Source: Macrostomum lignano
Lineage: Eukaryota
DNA: 64,000 bases
Reading direction: 5' to 3'
Assembly (NCBI GenBank): GCA_002269645.1
Contig: NIVC01000440.1
Coordinates: 248,001-312,000, forward strand
This document shows, in pieces, positions 36,382 through 48,484 of this stretch; position 1 is the stretch's first letter; each line of letters starts with the position of its first letter. A program made the position numbers and the translations under genes. Under the pieces are notes generated by a model, which was given only the letters and a program-made list of their open reading frames with translations, had not been told where the DNA came from and did no database searches.

Positions 36382-39300
36382 ATGAAACCACTGAGCATTG
36401 TGGTCACAATTCAGGTGTGCCTGACTGTTGCTTTTCTTGTTTTAAACGGTAAGTTCAATTTATAAACTGTTTTTAATGAGGTAGTGACTTAATAAACAGG
36501 TAAATATTGTATTAGCAGTGGACTTAAATACCCACAGCATGGGTAGGAGTGGACCTAAATATCCACAGCATGGGCAGGAGTGGACCTAAATTCCCACAGC
36601 ATGGGTAGGAGTGGACCTAAATTCCCACAGCATGGGTAGCAGTGGACCTAAATACCCACAGCATGGGTAGGAGTGGACCTAAATTCCCACAGCATGGGTA
36701 GCAGTGGACCTAAATATCCACAGCATGGGTAGCAGTGGACCTAAATACCCACAGCATGGGTAGCAGTGGACCTAAATACCCACAGCATGGGCAGCAGTGG
36801 ACCTAAATACCCACAGCATGGGCAGCAGCGGACCTAAGTTACCCTCAACTCAAACGGTTTGTCAAACAGGTGTCGCAACCGCCAACCCGGCCAACGCTTC
36901 CAAGCCCCGAACCCCGCCGCCACCACCGCCGCCGCCGCCGGTGGTTCTGCCCTCGGTGCCGGGCGGTCGACGCTGCGTGTTCCCGTTCTGGTGGCACGGC
37001 AGGTGGCATCACACCTGCGTGCGGTACGACCTCAAAGGCGAAGAGTGGTGCTCAATCACTGCAAACTTCACTAAAGACGAAAATTGGATGCGGTGCGACA
37101 GTGAGTTGGGAAGTCACGTGACTGCTACGATGACGTCAGCCTGTTAGATATGAGCACTGAGTGTTATGATTGAGTCAGTCTGTTAGACAGAAGTGGTGAG
37201 CATAATGATATAAAGATTTTATTGCCTATATTCGCAATATTTTCCATTTCAGCAATTAATTTTTGTTGCCTAAAGCAAAAACGACAATTTTTGAAATGAG
37301 CTCAGCCGCTCGCAATCTGTTTCCGGTTCAACATCTTTTATCCCTAACTCTAATTGCATCCTGACGGCTATTCGAGAGAAGTGTTCGGTGCACCTTCCAT
37401 CTAATTAACTGGCAGATTAGTCAGAAATAAGGAGCTTTGTTTGAGACAGAGCGTGCCATTTCCGCAACCTTTTAAGCTTGGAAATCTGCAGGAAGTTTGA
37501 ACTCAGACCATCTTTGAGGCTGCTCAATGAAACGTGGGCGTGGGAAATTTCGATAATTTGTTTGATGTTGGCTCCCTTGAAAAGGAAATGCGTTATGCAT
37601 CACGTTTGGAGCGCTCAAAGTAGCTGCTTGAACTGCAAAACTTTACCTGTTAAATATTAAATTTCAAATTTTACAGGACAGATGCTTACCTGTTGCAAGA
37701 CAAGCCCTGAATTTTTATCGAAAAGAGGGGTAACTAGCCTAGTGGTTAGAGCGTCAGACTTACGACTGGAAGGACAGGTCGACCCATTCGAGACAATTTG
37801 TGTCCTTGAGCAAGACACTTAACTCTGCATTGCTTCAGTTCACCCAGCTGTAAATGGGTGCCAGCATTAGCTGGGGTAATTGAGGGTGTGTGTGGCGACC
37901 CCCCAGTCCTTGGACTGAACAGCCGTACACAGCCTTCAGATGATTTTTCACCTATTTTTCCCAGGCCACGACAAGAGCCGCTTCCACTGTCGCATTACGT
38001 TCGCCTACGGCGGCCGCCTGCACTACAGCTGCCTGCAACTGTCTATGGCCGGACCTACTCCCGTTGCTCCGGCGACCAGCGGCTTCTGGTGCGGCCTGAA
38101 AGCCTCGATCGCCTCGGTCAGCTGGTCGAGCAGAGACTGGGCCTTCTGCGAGTCCACCAACGCCACCACCGCTGACTATTTGAAGGCTGTCGGCTGGCAC
38201 CGGGGCCTGACGGGCGCCAGGCTGGAGGCGCTGCTCAAGATCGCTAGGCATCGGAATGCCGTGCAGAGCGAGGCCGCCGAGGTCGCGAGTTCGAATCACG
38301 CAGCGGCGGGAGCGGCAAAGGCGGTCGCAGCCAGCGATTCATCCGGTGGCGTCGAAGGCGGCGAGGGCGAGGGTGCCGGAGACGATGGCGGCAGCTCCAG
38401 GTGGGGCGTCGGCCTGGTTGTGTCGCTTGGTGTCGCCTGCGGCTTGCTGACCTTGGCGGTGGCCATCACCGGCTGCGCTGTGCACAGGCGCTACTTCAGG
38501 TGAGCTGGACGGCTGGCTCATTTCAGGAGCTTCGGCGGTGCCAGGGACGCATCACAGCTCTCTTGGTGGGCGCCCCTGTCTCTCTCGGTGGGCGCCCCTG
38601 TCTCTCTCGGTGGGCGCCCCTGTCTCTTGGTGGGCACCCCTGTCTCTCTTGGTGGGCGCCCCTGTCTCTCTCGGTGGGCGCCCCTGTCTCTCTTGGTGGG
38701 CACCCCTGTCTCTCTTGGTAGGCGCCCCTTTCTCTCTTGGTGGGCGCCCCTGTCTCTCTTGGTGGGCGCCCCTGTCTCTCTTGGTGGGCGCCCCTGTCTC
38801 TCTTGGTGGGCGCCCCTGTCTCTCTTGGTGGGCGCCCCTGTCTCTCTTGGTGGGCGCCCCTGTCTCTCTTGGTGGGCGCCCCTGTCTCTCTTGGTGGGCG
38901 CCCCTGTCTCCTGGTGGGCGCCCCTGTCTTTTGGTGGGCGCCCCTGTCTCTCTTGGTGAGCGCCCCTGTCTCTCTTGGTGGGCGCCCCTGTCTCTCTTGG
39001 TGGGCGCCCCTGTCTCCTGGTGGGCGCCCCTGTCTTTTGGTGGGCGCCCCTGTCTCTCTTGGTAGGCGCCCCTGTCTCTCTTGGTGGGCGCCCCTGTCTC
39101 TCTTGGTGGGCGCCCCTGTCTCTTGGTGGGCGCCCCTGTCTCTTGGTGGGCGCCCCTGTCTCTTGGTGGGCGCCCCTGTCTCTTGGTGGGCGCCCCTGTC
39201 TCTTGATTGGCGCCCCTGTCTCTTGATTGGCGCCCCTGTCTCTTGATTGGCGCCCCTGTCTCTTGATAGGCGCCCCTGTCTCTTGATAGGCGCCCCTGTC

Positions 39301-40194
39301 TCTTGATAGGCGCCCCTGTCTCTTGATAGGCGCCCCTGTCTCTTGATAGGCGCCCCTGTCTCTTGATTGGCGCCCCTGTCTCTTGATAGGCGCCCCTGTC
39401 TCTTGATAGGCGCCCCTGTCTCTTGATAGGCGCCCCTGTCTCTTGATTGGCGCCCCCGTCTCTTGATAGGCGCCCCTGTCTCTTGATTGGCGCCCCTGTC
39501 TCTTGATTGGCGCCCCTGTCTCTTGATAGGCGCCCCTGTCTCTTGGTGGGCGCCCCTGTCTCTTGGTGGGCGCCCCTGTCTCTTGGTGGGCGCCCCTGTC
39601 TCTTGGTGGGCGCCCCTGTCTCTTGGTGGGCGCCCCTGTCTCTTGGTGGGCGCCCCTGTCTCTTGGTGGGCGCCCCTGTCTCTTGGTGGGCGCCCCTGTC
39701 TCTTGGTGGGCGCCCCTGTCTCTTGGTGGGCGCCCCTGTCTCTTGGTGGGCGCCCCTGTCTCTTGGTGGGCGCCCCTGTCTCTTGGTGGGCGCCCCTGTC
39801 TCTTGGTGGGCGCCCCTGTCTATTGGTGGGCGCCCCTGTCTCTTGGTGGGCGCCCCTGTCTCTTGGTGGGCGCCCCTGTCTCTTGGTGGGCGCCCGTCTT
39901 TGGTTGGCGCCCCTGTCTTTTAGGCCAGTGGTGAGGGTGGCAAAGGTTGAGCTCACTGTCTTTTGTCGAGCCTGGCTGCCTCTTTCATTTAGTTTTTGGA
40001 GAAGCGCAGGTTTTGTGAGGCCGAATGAGGGGGGGGGGTCCCTGTACATGTACATGTATAACAGCGCCCAGTTTGTAACACAAATTTCAGAGGCCGGTAC
40101 AAGCGCGTCGACCCGCTTCTCACCTCTGACTCGATGGAGAGAAGCGGCTACGGAGGCGTCGATGCCTACCACGACTGACAATTACCGTTTCTAA
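36382..40194 (+). CDS. Type I membrane protein with two fibronectin type II-like modules, 4 exons (36382-36448, 36870-37100, 37965-38499, 39924-40194)
   Basis: Signal MKPLSIVVTIQVCLTVAFLVLNG, a proline-rich stalk, CVFPFWWHGRWHHTC...EWCSITANFTKDENWMRC (FN2 consensus), a second CRITFAYGGRLHYSC...FWCG module, and TM WGVGLVVSLGVACGLLTLAVAITGCAV followed by HRR. Intron phases 1, 1 and 2 are compatible. The last exon is the least certain. Confidence 0.72.
36515..36835. repeat. 31-bp minisatellite (gcagtggacctaaatacccacagcatgggta), FN2 gene intron 1
   Basis: Direct inspection. Confidence 0.9.
37726..37944 (+). mobile_element. tRNA-derived SINE (family 1) with a conserved-core-like central domain
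   Basis: A-box tagcctagtggttag and core gtgtccttgagcaagacacttaac...gcttcagttcacccagctgtaaatgggt. A second copy lies at about 51935-52085. Confidence 0.75.
38555..39920. repeat. 20/22-bp satellite (ggtgggcgcccctgtctctt), FN2 gene intron 3
   Basis: Same family as the 35.2-35.8 kb array, in opposite orientation. Confidence 0.95.
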
Positions 40195-40424
40195 GCCTAT
40201 GGAGTGTGCAGAAAAGTTATGCTTCTAGCCATTAGAGCTATTTGTAGTAGTAAATGCGAGTCTTTTCTGTTTTTTTTTAACTATTCATTTGTCAGCCTCT
40301 GTGTTCGTTCCCATTGGTTTTGTTTTCAGCGTATTTGGCAGAAATGCGGTTTTTTGTTTTATGGTTAGTGACAAATCAGTGACAAATCAGTGACAAATCA
40401 GTGACCGGTAACTTCTTGTGGTCC

Positions 40425-41330
40425 TGTGAATTGAGTGAATGGTGTGAATCGAGTGAATGATGTGAATTGAGTGAATGGTGTGAATTGAGTGAATGGTGTG
40501 AATCGAGTGAATGATGTGAATTGAGTGAATGGTGTGAATTGAGTGACTGGCACAGCTATCAGCACAGCAATGTGCAAAAAAATTCCAAAGGTTGTCATAC
40601 CTTGAGGCTCGCTCACACCGTCAAGAAACGAGGCAAGATTTCTTGCGATCAAAAAACATTTGCTTTAACTTACGCGCTCTAATTAGCTTTTATATTTGTG
40701 AACTGAGTGAATGGTTAGAATTGAGTGAATCGTGACAATTAAATGAATGGTGTGAATCGGGTGAATTATATGAATTTAGTCAATGGTGTGAATTGAGTGA
40801 ATCGTGACAATTGAGTAACTGGTGTGAATCGAGTGAATGGTGTGAATTGAGTGACTGGTGTGAATCGAGTGAATGATGTGAATTGAGTGACTGGTGTGAA
40901 TCGAGTGAATGATGTGAATTGAGTGAATGGTGTGAATTGAGTGAAAGGTGTGAATCGAGTGAATGATGTGAATTGAGTGAATGGTGTGAATTGAGTGAAT
41001 TATGTGAATTGAGTGAATGGTGTGAATTGAGTGAATGGTGTGAATCGAGTGAATGATGTGAATTGAGTGACTGGTGTGAATCGAGTGAATGATGTGAATT
41101 GAGTGAATGGTGTGAATTGAGTGAATGATGTGAATTGAGTGAATGGTGTGAATCGAGTGAATGGTGTGAATCGAGTGAATGGTGTGAATCGAGTGAATGG
41201 TGTGAATTGAGTGAATGGTGTGAATCGAGTGAATGATGTGAATTGAGTGAATGGTGAGAATCTAGTGAATGATGTGAATTGAGTCAATGGTGTGAATCGA
41301 GTGAATCGTGAGAAACTAGTGAATTGCAAT
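40425..41330. repeat. 18-bp minisatellite (gtgaattgagtgaatggt), two blocks
   Basis: Direct inspection; it explains the TQFTPF repeat ORFs. Confidence 0.92.
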
Positions 41331-41877
41331 TATTGAATGAAAGAATATTTCTGGCTTTTGACCTTATCATGAGAACTAAGCCATTTTTGAGTTGTTGATC
41401 GTGAAATCGTTATTCCTATTATATAAGCTAAATATGTTTTATTATCAAATCGAAGACAAAATATACAAAGCTCGTTTGTTGTAGTTCAATTTTAAAATTT
41501 CATTTGGGGAATTAATTAAAAGTATAAAAAACAATAATAATGTGGTCTTTTGAGTTCTTCTTGTAGTTTAACTCAGCTCAGAATATGCATACATGTACAT
41601 GGACGAGCTACATGTAAGTCGTCTTTGGCTAAACACCGTTGCATATCTGCCCCGAGCGTACACCGGTCACCAGCTCAACTTAGTTAAAGAGTAAACTGCA
41701 CTCGCAAGCCACTTTGCTTTTCAAACTTCTCAAGCCCGGTGAGCCCAACCCAAGTCTCTATTGTTCTCCTGGATTCAACGTGCGCGTTATGCACTGAGCT
41801 AGGCAGAAGACTGCGATATAAGCATTAGCTACTCTCTCTTGTGTGAGCTGCAAGCTAAGCTACAGCTCTATTCGATC

Positions 41878-44045
41878 ATGTCCACTGCCGAGCAGCTGAG
41901 CGAGGAAGAACTGGCTCTGTACAAAGCCGCCTTCGGCATCTTCGATCGGGACAGTGACGGGTCCATCACGGCGGCGGAGCTGGGCTCGGTGATGCGGTCA
42001 CTGGGGCGGCATCCTTCAGATGCCGAGATTAAGGTTAGTATACCTGCATGTCATATTTAATTAGTAGGTAAAAAACATTTCTTACAGGGAGCGTTTTACA
42101 AGCCCGAATCTTCACAGGGTTGAATCTTTACAAGCTCGAATCTTCACAAGATCGAATCTTCACAAGCTTGAATCTTCACAAGCTCGAATCTTCACAAGCT
42201 CAAATCTTCACAAACTCAAATCTTCACAAGCTCGAATCTTCACAAGCTCGAATCTTCACAAGCTCAAATCTTCACAAGCTCGAATCTTCACAAGCTCAAA
42301 TCTTCACAAGCTCGAATCTTCACAAGCTCAAATCTTCACAAGCTCAAATCTTCACAAGCTTGAATCTTCACAAGCTCGAATCTTCACAAGCTTGAAACTT
42401 AACGACACATTTCCGAAAAGTCTTGCTGGCCACTTTCGCTAGTTCACAACTTAAGATGAATTCAATATTATAAAATTTCGAACTTGTGAAGTTTTGAGAT
42501 TATAAAAAGCGAATCAAGGGCAACTTTATCACTCAGGATGGGAGTCTCGCAATTTATGGTGAAAAAATCACGAGGTTCGTTTAAATGCAGTGCAGTGTTC
42601 TATGGCCAAGCCGTACTGCAGATCCCACAGACACAAAATCACCGACGACAAGGCAAGGACTACACTAGTCAAAAAACACACAATTTTAGTACGAGCCAGC
42701 TACCCTGTTACTGCCGATTTTTAAATAATCTTTCAGTCCTGGGATCTCGCACATCATGTAACATGACCAAGACTTTCAAATTTCTCGTGTGCAAACCGAC
42801 CAAAAATTGAAAGCAAAAAATCGCTGCTGGGGAGAAAGTTTCCTATGGCTAAAAGATTTTAGATTGATTTAGTGCGAAGCCAGCGTCTGTGTTAAATCCT
42901 CACTTAGTGCAATGCTAGCAACAATATTCATTGACTGCTCAAGTACAGTCTGAAGCACTGTACATTGAATCGTATAGTACGATGGGTGTCCAGAGAAAGT
43001 TCTGACACTTTTAATCTCAGAGCAAAATGAATTCAGTCGCGGGTATTTTGATCATTTCACTCAAAAGAATAAAAAAATAAAAAGTGATATTGAATATTTT
43101 GTCCTCAAAAAAACGAATCATATTCATAAAGTCATATTCATCATCATCATCAACCCTCAAGGCAGCCTTCTCAACCTGTAGCAACACACACTTTTCCCAT
43201 TGCTTGAGCATTCTGTAACTTCGGCCTTCTTTCGATTGTAGACTCACGATGATGTCAATAATCATAAAAATAAAAAAAACTTGACTAATTAAGTAAACTT
43301 TCGCAAGGTGCAAACACAGTGAGATTTGCTTACGGAGTGTATAAAATACTCAACAGAGAAGGGGTGGACGGTAAGAGAGGGATGCACTGTACATCAGAGC
43401 CGTTTTGTGTACACTCGTACTTGCGTACTGCAAAGAAGATCCATAAAAAACTGACTAAGTTATGTTCTTCACCTTTTACTGTAAGACTATCAGTGACATT
43501 GCGATGGCTTTTCACACACATCACTTTTGAATGAAATGATCAAAATACACGCGACTGAATTCATTGGAAAGAAGAGACGTGCCGCTTAAAAATGACACTA
43601 ATCTGGGATTAAGCTAGTCAGAACTTTCCGGAAACACCTCGTACATTGTAGAATACCTCCTTTGGTCCTACTGTTTAATAATAAAGAGTCCCTGAAAACG
43701 CAGGAGATGATCAACGAGGTGGACGAGGACGACAACGGCAGCGTGGACCTGTCCGAGTTCCTCACCCTGATGCTGCGCAAAACCAGCGACGCGGATGCTG
43801 AAGAAGAGATCCGCGAGACTTTCCGCGTGTTCGACAGAGACGAGGACGGCTATTTGTCCGTCAAGGAGCTGCGTCACGTGATGTCCTGCCTGGGCGAGGA
43901 GGTCAGCGAAGTCGAGGCCGTGAAGATGCTGCTCACAGCCAAGGCGAAGAATGGCGGCGAGTCCGGCAGCGTCTCGAACTCCGAGGAGCTGCTGGTGAGC
44001 TTCGATGAGTTCCGAGCGTTGGCCACTGGCCAGAACTGGCCGTGA
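41878..44045 (+). CDS. Calmodulin-like protein, 2 exons (41878-42033 and 43704-44045), 165 aa; EF-hand 4 degenerate
   Basis: EF loops [24 protein letters not shown] and [12 protein letters not shown]; calmodulin-like [12 protein letters not shown] and [12 protein letters not shown]; phase-0 GT-AG intron. Confidence 0.9.
42100..42395. repeat. 16-bp minisatellite (ctcgaatcttcacaag), calmodulin-like gene intron
   Basis: Direct inspection. Confidence 0.92.
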
Positions 44046-45442
44046 CGTTTGATCCGATTCGTTTTTACTGCATTAGACTGCATTTGCTTATGCTACAGAA
44101 ATAAATCATGTTGGTTCCGCACATTCACGTTCTGATTGTTCAATAAATTACCAAACTGGCTTGTAGTCATCCTGATGCAATGCACTATAAATGAACTATA
44201 ACACGGAAATTCAAGTTCAACAAACCTTCAGTAAAGAATGGTATAGTTTCTAATGTAAGCAAACACGTAGACAAGTTCATTTTTCGAAGTTGTTTTGAAG
44301 AAACTTTTTAAAAAGGCTAAGCTATGCAATATAGCACGGAACGTCAATTAAAAAAACTCTAAAGGCTAAATTGTCTGAATTGGAAACGAAGTATTCCAAC
44401 AGTCTATGGCCAAAACCGCCTCGTAGTGGCGACTGACATTTTGGAAGTTCATGTCTGGAAGTTCATGTCTGGAAGTTCATGTCTGGAAGTTCAGACAGTT
44501 CAGGATTTTCTCGAGTTTCTCAACCAAGAATTCTCTCATTTCCTGATCGACCTTGCACAACCCTGTCTTTCCGACCACCGCGAGGAAGGGATTCCACCCT
44601 GCCATCGAAGTCGATAGTTGGCAGCGATTCAGAATGCGGTTGTTTTCTTGATTTGCAAGATTCTTGCAGCTCCTGGCGATCTGCTACAGGAATTGGTGGC
44701 GCCATTGAATGGGGTCGCTTTCAGGTCAAAGACGAGCAAACAGGATAGTGAAGGGACAGTCCGATTCCCGTTTTGAATGGCTTTTTCTCGTATTGAATGT
44801 CCAAAGTTATAGTCTATGGCCAAGCCTCCCTCAGCAGTAGACTCTGCTAAACTGCTTAAGTCCATGACTAGGGTGGTGATCTGTGGCCTGGCTTGAATGT
44901 CTATGGTGTGGGGCAGTGTACATCTGCCTCCCTCTCTCTCTCCCTCGCTCACTTGGTCCGGCGCTATCACTGCCCCGTACAAGTACGTACAGCCAACCAC
45001 TCACTTCAATAATTGATTTATTACGCAATTAGTCATAGCCAAATATACGTCGGCCCTGCTAAGAGTTATTCTTCATGCCTGCCTAGCACCATATCGCGGC
45101 ATTAAATTTTCTACATATGGCGTCCCGTTTTGATTGTCCGAATTCCCATTTAGATCGTCAAAAGCGATGTACTAAAGCGTAAAATGGTGTACTAGAAGCA
45201 TCAGCAACAACATATGCAATAAAATACACTGTCAGCTAGGTCTTTAGAATGAGAGCAGCGTCATGGGCTTAGGCTTAGACGGACGAGGCTGGTGCAGTGA
45301 TAGAGCCGTAATAAAACAAAACAAGGCACATCTTGCAAACGTTTGAGAGAATCATCATCAAAATCACGATGTTGTTGTCAGGCAAAAAACTAGACCGTTT
45401 TTATGTCTTATCTATAACAGAATATCAGAATAAACTCTCAGC

Positions 45443-47722
45443 TCAGGTGCAGTGAGCCTCGCGCTCCACGCTTAGCAACTGCATGGCAACTCGACCTGGC
45501 TGGTTGATGGAACTCCACCCCATCGATCCGGCGACAATCGAGCAGTTGCGGCCTGAGCAGAAGGAGCCGCCGCCGCCTCCGGCATCCGTGTAGCGGAGAC
45601 TCGCGCCGCCTCCGCTGTAGCCGCCGCCGCCTCCGCCAGCTCCGTACCGGTAGTAGCCAGTATAGTTCAAGGCTCCGCCACCGCCGCCGCCTCCGAAGCC
45701 GCCGTGGCCGACGCTGCCGTCGCCCGCCGTGCCGCCGATCCAGCCGTCGATGCGACTGCCGCCACCATCGCCGTCTTCGCCGCCTCGCCGTGGGTTGATC
45801 GGCTTGCCAAGCCAGCCGGCTCCGCAACCGCCGTGGTTGGTTATTGAGTTAACTCGGTACTCAGTTGAGCTGGCCATGAGACTGGGATCGTTCAGGCCGG
45901 GGCTCCCATTGGCCCCGCCGAATCCGTACTGAGGATTATAATCGCTTACCGGATAATAATTGCTGGCGTCTGTGCCGTTTTGTCCTTCCTGACCGCCGAG
46001 GCCTTTGCAGATGAAATCGAATAGGAAGATTTTTATGGGATTTGAGGTCGCAACGAACTGAACAGTTGAATACAGTTGCAGTGTGTAAATCCAAGGACTG
46101 CTCAAGCAGAAGAACAGGAAACCGCGTTTCTTGGAAAATTTTAGGAGACATGTCTTAACCGAAAAAATACATTATTGAGATTAGAGGCTTTCATTTTTCA
46201 GCAAAAAACTAGCAATCAGCGCCCCCCCCCCCGGGAATTCTGACTTCTCAGTCTTGACATCTCAGCAATTCCCCCTTAACACAGAATCCTAATTTTATCA
46301 ATGAAAAGCTTTATGGATATCAATAGAGTAATAAGAAAGGCCACACATGCTTTAGTCCTTGTTTAAATCATTCATGCACACTTTGAATCTTTCAATGGTT
46401 TCCTGACCGGGATTCGGAAATCAAAAGTACACAAGACCACTAGGCCCAAATCTCACCATATCTCCAATAGGTGGATCCGCCGCCTCCTCCAGCTGCCAGA
46501 AGGAGCTCGCAGCTCTCCGATGAGTTCAGCTGGCACACGAAGCTGCCTCCGCCGCCGCCGCCTCCGCGATAGTAAGGGACTTCGCCGCCAGCCTGACCGA
46601 CCACAATCTCCAGCCGGGTGCCGGCAGTTAGGAAGAAGTTCCCGATTGCAGTGGCACCGTTGCCTCCTCTTCTATTGGAGCTTTGGCCGCCGGACGCGCC
46701 TCGGGCCTCAAGCTTGTAGCAGCCGCTAGCCACCACAACTTTGCGCTGGATCGAACCGAAGCGACCGGAACTGGAATCTAAAATGTTTTAAATTAGTTGA
46801 TTTGTCTTTGAAAATCTGCACTCGTCAAAATCTTGCCTTCTGACTTAGTCTATTTAATCTCCTGGCCAGATGGGCATAGATTGTACATGCCTGACGATTA
46901 GAAAGTCAGAGCCGCTGTGCAATCTGCGTAAGAGTGATTAAGTCTATAGAAATCTCTCTTGCACGTATAGTGCAAAAATCTTAGTTCAGGAGGACTATAC
47001 GTGCAGGTTTCAATGGGATTGAAAGTTCATATTTATTAAAACGCTATTATTGTAGTCCTCCATTAGTCCTTGGTTGGGCAAATGGAAAATCCTAAGGCAA
47101 TGGTACGCTCGTAGTGATGACGGAGCACGCTACACTGCGCAAGTCGCACTTCTAAAGGAATCGAGGCCCACAAGTCTTCAAGTACACTCTTATTACGCAT
47201 GTGTACTTTTCTTGATCATGGATTTTCACTTAACAGAGCCAAAAAAGACCTCCCGAAAAACAACGCTCTAAACAGTTAACAAGCCGCAGAGAACTCACTG
47301 ACGAACTCCGGGTTGACATTCCGCTCAGCTTCGCTGAGCAGCTTGGCGAAGTTGTCGATCCTCCAAACCACCGCGCCCGCCTCTGTGGCCAGCAGCCGGC
47401 GCTGGTGGCTGCCCTCCGGCCCCGGTCCGACTGACTCATTGTGGACGACGACCAGCTGGCAGAGGCGACTGGCGTTCACCAACACTGCGGCAGCGCAGCG
47501 CCTCGTCCGGCACCTCAGAACGCACTGGAGCTCGTTGTCGACTTCCGTCTCGTTGATGATCTCGCTGCTCACCGCAATGTCCAGCTCGACCGGGCCGCCC
47601 CCTCGGTGAAAGTCGGCGCAGCTACCGTCGTCGACACCTACGACGGAACTCGCGCCTGCGGACAACTCACCACAGATGGCTACGAGTTGCATCAGGAAGA
47701 TCCTATCGATATTGATGAGCAT
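45443..47722 (-). CDS. Secreted PAN/Apple + ALK/LTK-type glycine-rich-domain protein B, 3 exons (47722-47299, 46777-46457, 46002-45443), 434 aa
   Basis: 1305 nt in frame with phase-1 GTGAG donors. PAN-like ELQCVLRCRTRRCAAAVLVNASRLCQL; GRD motifs GSIQRKVVVASGCYKLEARGASGG, IVVGQAG, LAAGGGGG, NHGGCGAGW, GGFGGGGGG and GGGGGSFC. Paralog of gene A. Confidence 0.82.
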
Positions 47723-48484
47723 AGTTGATCTAAAAAGCGACTGATATCAAATCAACTAACTGAAGAGAATACACTGTTTACAGCTTTGCCCGCAAGCATC
47801 GCTAGAAATAAATAGGCCAGCTAGAGCTTCTATGCTAATCGCCGGCGCCCACCACCGGCCCGAGCGGTTTGCACCTGCCTGTACATCAATCACACTGAGA
47901 TAATGTAAGGTTGTTGCTTCACCAAGGCTACCGTTAATAGAGGGATAGAAAGAGTTGAAGAGAGAGAGAGAGAGAGGGGTGACGCATGATTGCTTCGTGC
48001 TGGTATTTTCTCCCCGTTTCTCTGATATGGCAGAAATGGCTTTGGTCCTCCCCTCTGCATCTCTGAGGGAAGGGGTTGATGAGATGGCAGAGATGGCATC
48101 GATCGCCAGACCCGCTTGAAGTTTTGAAGGACAAATTGAATAAAAAACAAGAACAGTACTTCATCTATGGGAACCAACTATGGATGTGCCCAGCCACCCC
48201 TTCTCCCCATTCCCTAATTTGTTAGATCAACCTTGCTCTCATCTCAACACATGGACCATTGAACACCTGGACTGGTGCGTGTGCGTGTGTACTTCTAGTC
48301 CACGTATTCCGCAGTGGCCCCTCCCTGATCTGTCGGACAACAGCAAATTTATTTTTGCGCTGCCAGAATAGGGGCAGATATGCTGGTCCGGTCTTAACGG
48401 AATGCGATTCGTATTGCAATATTTTTATTGCAAAATGAGGTAAGTGTGCGTTACAAGGTCACAATCACTGCGTTTAATACGATA

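Noticed and set aside
37726-37800. tRNA gene (also considered at 31058-31130)
   Set aside because: Pol III box-like motifs are present but there is no complete cloverleaf, and both continue into SINE bodies.
38523-40181. 552-aa minus-strand ORF and other long overlapping ORFs at 35.1-35.8 and 38.5-39.9 kb
   Set aside because: They are translations of stop-free 20-22-bp satellites; the array lies in a plus-strand intron.
44426-45028. Short ORFs on both strands between the calmodulin-like gene and gene B
   Set aside because: No recognisable family or consistent frame; possibly an old transposon remnant.
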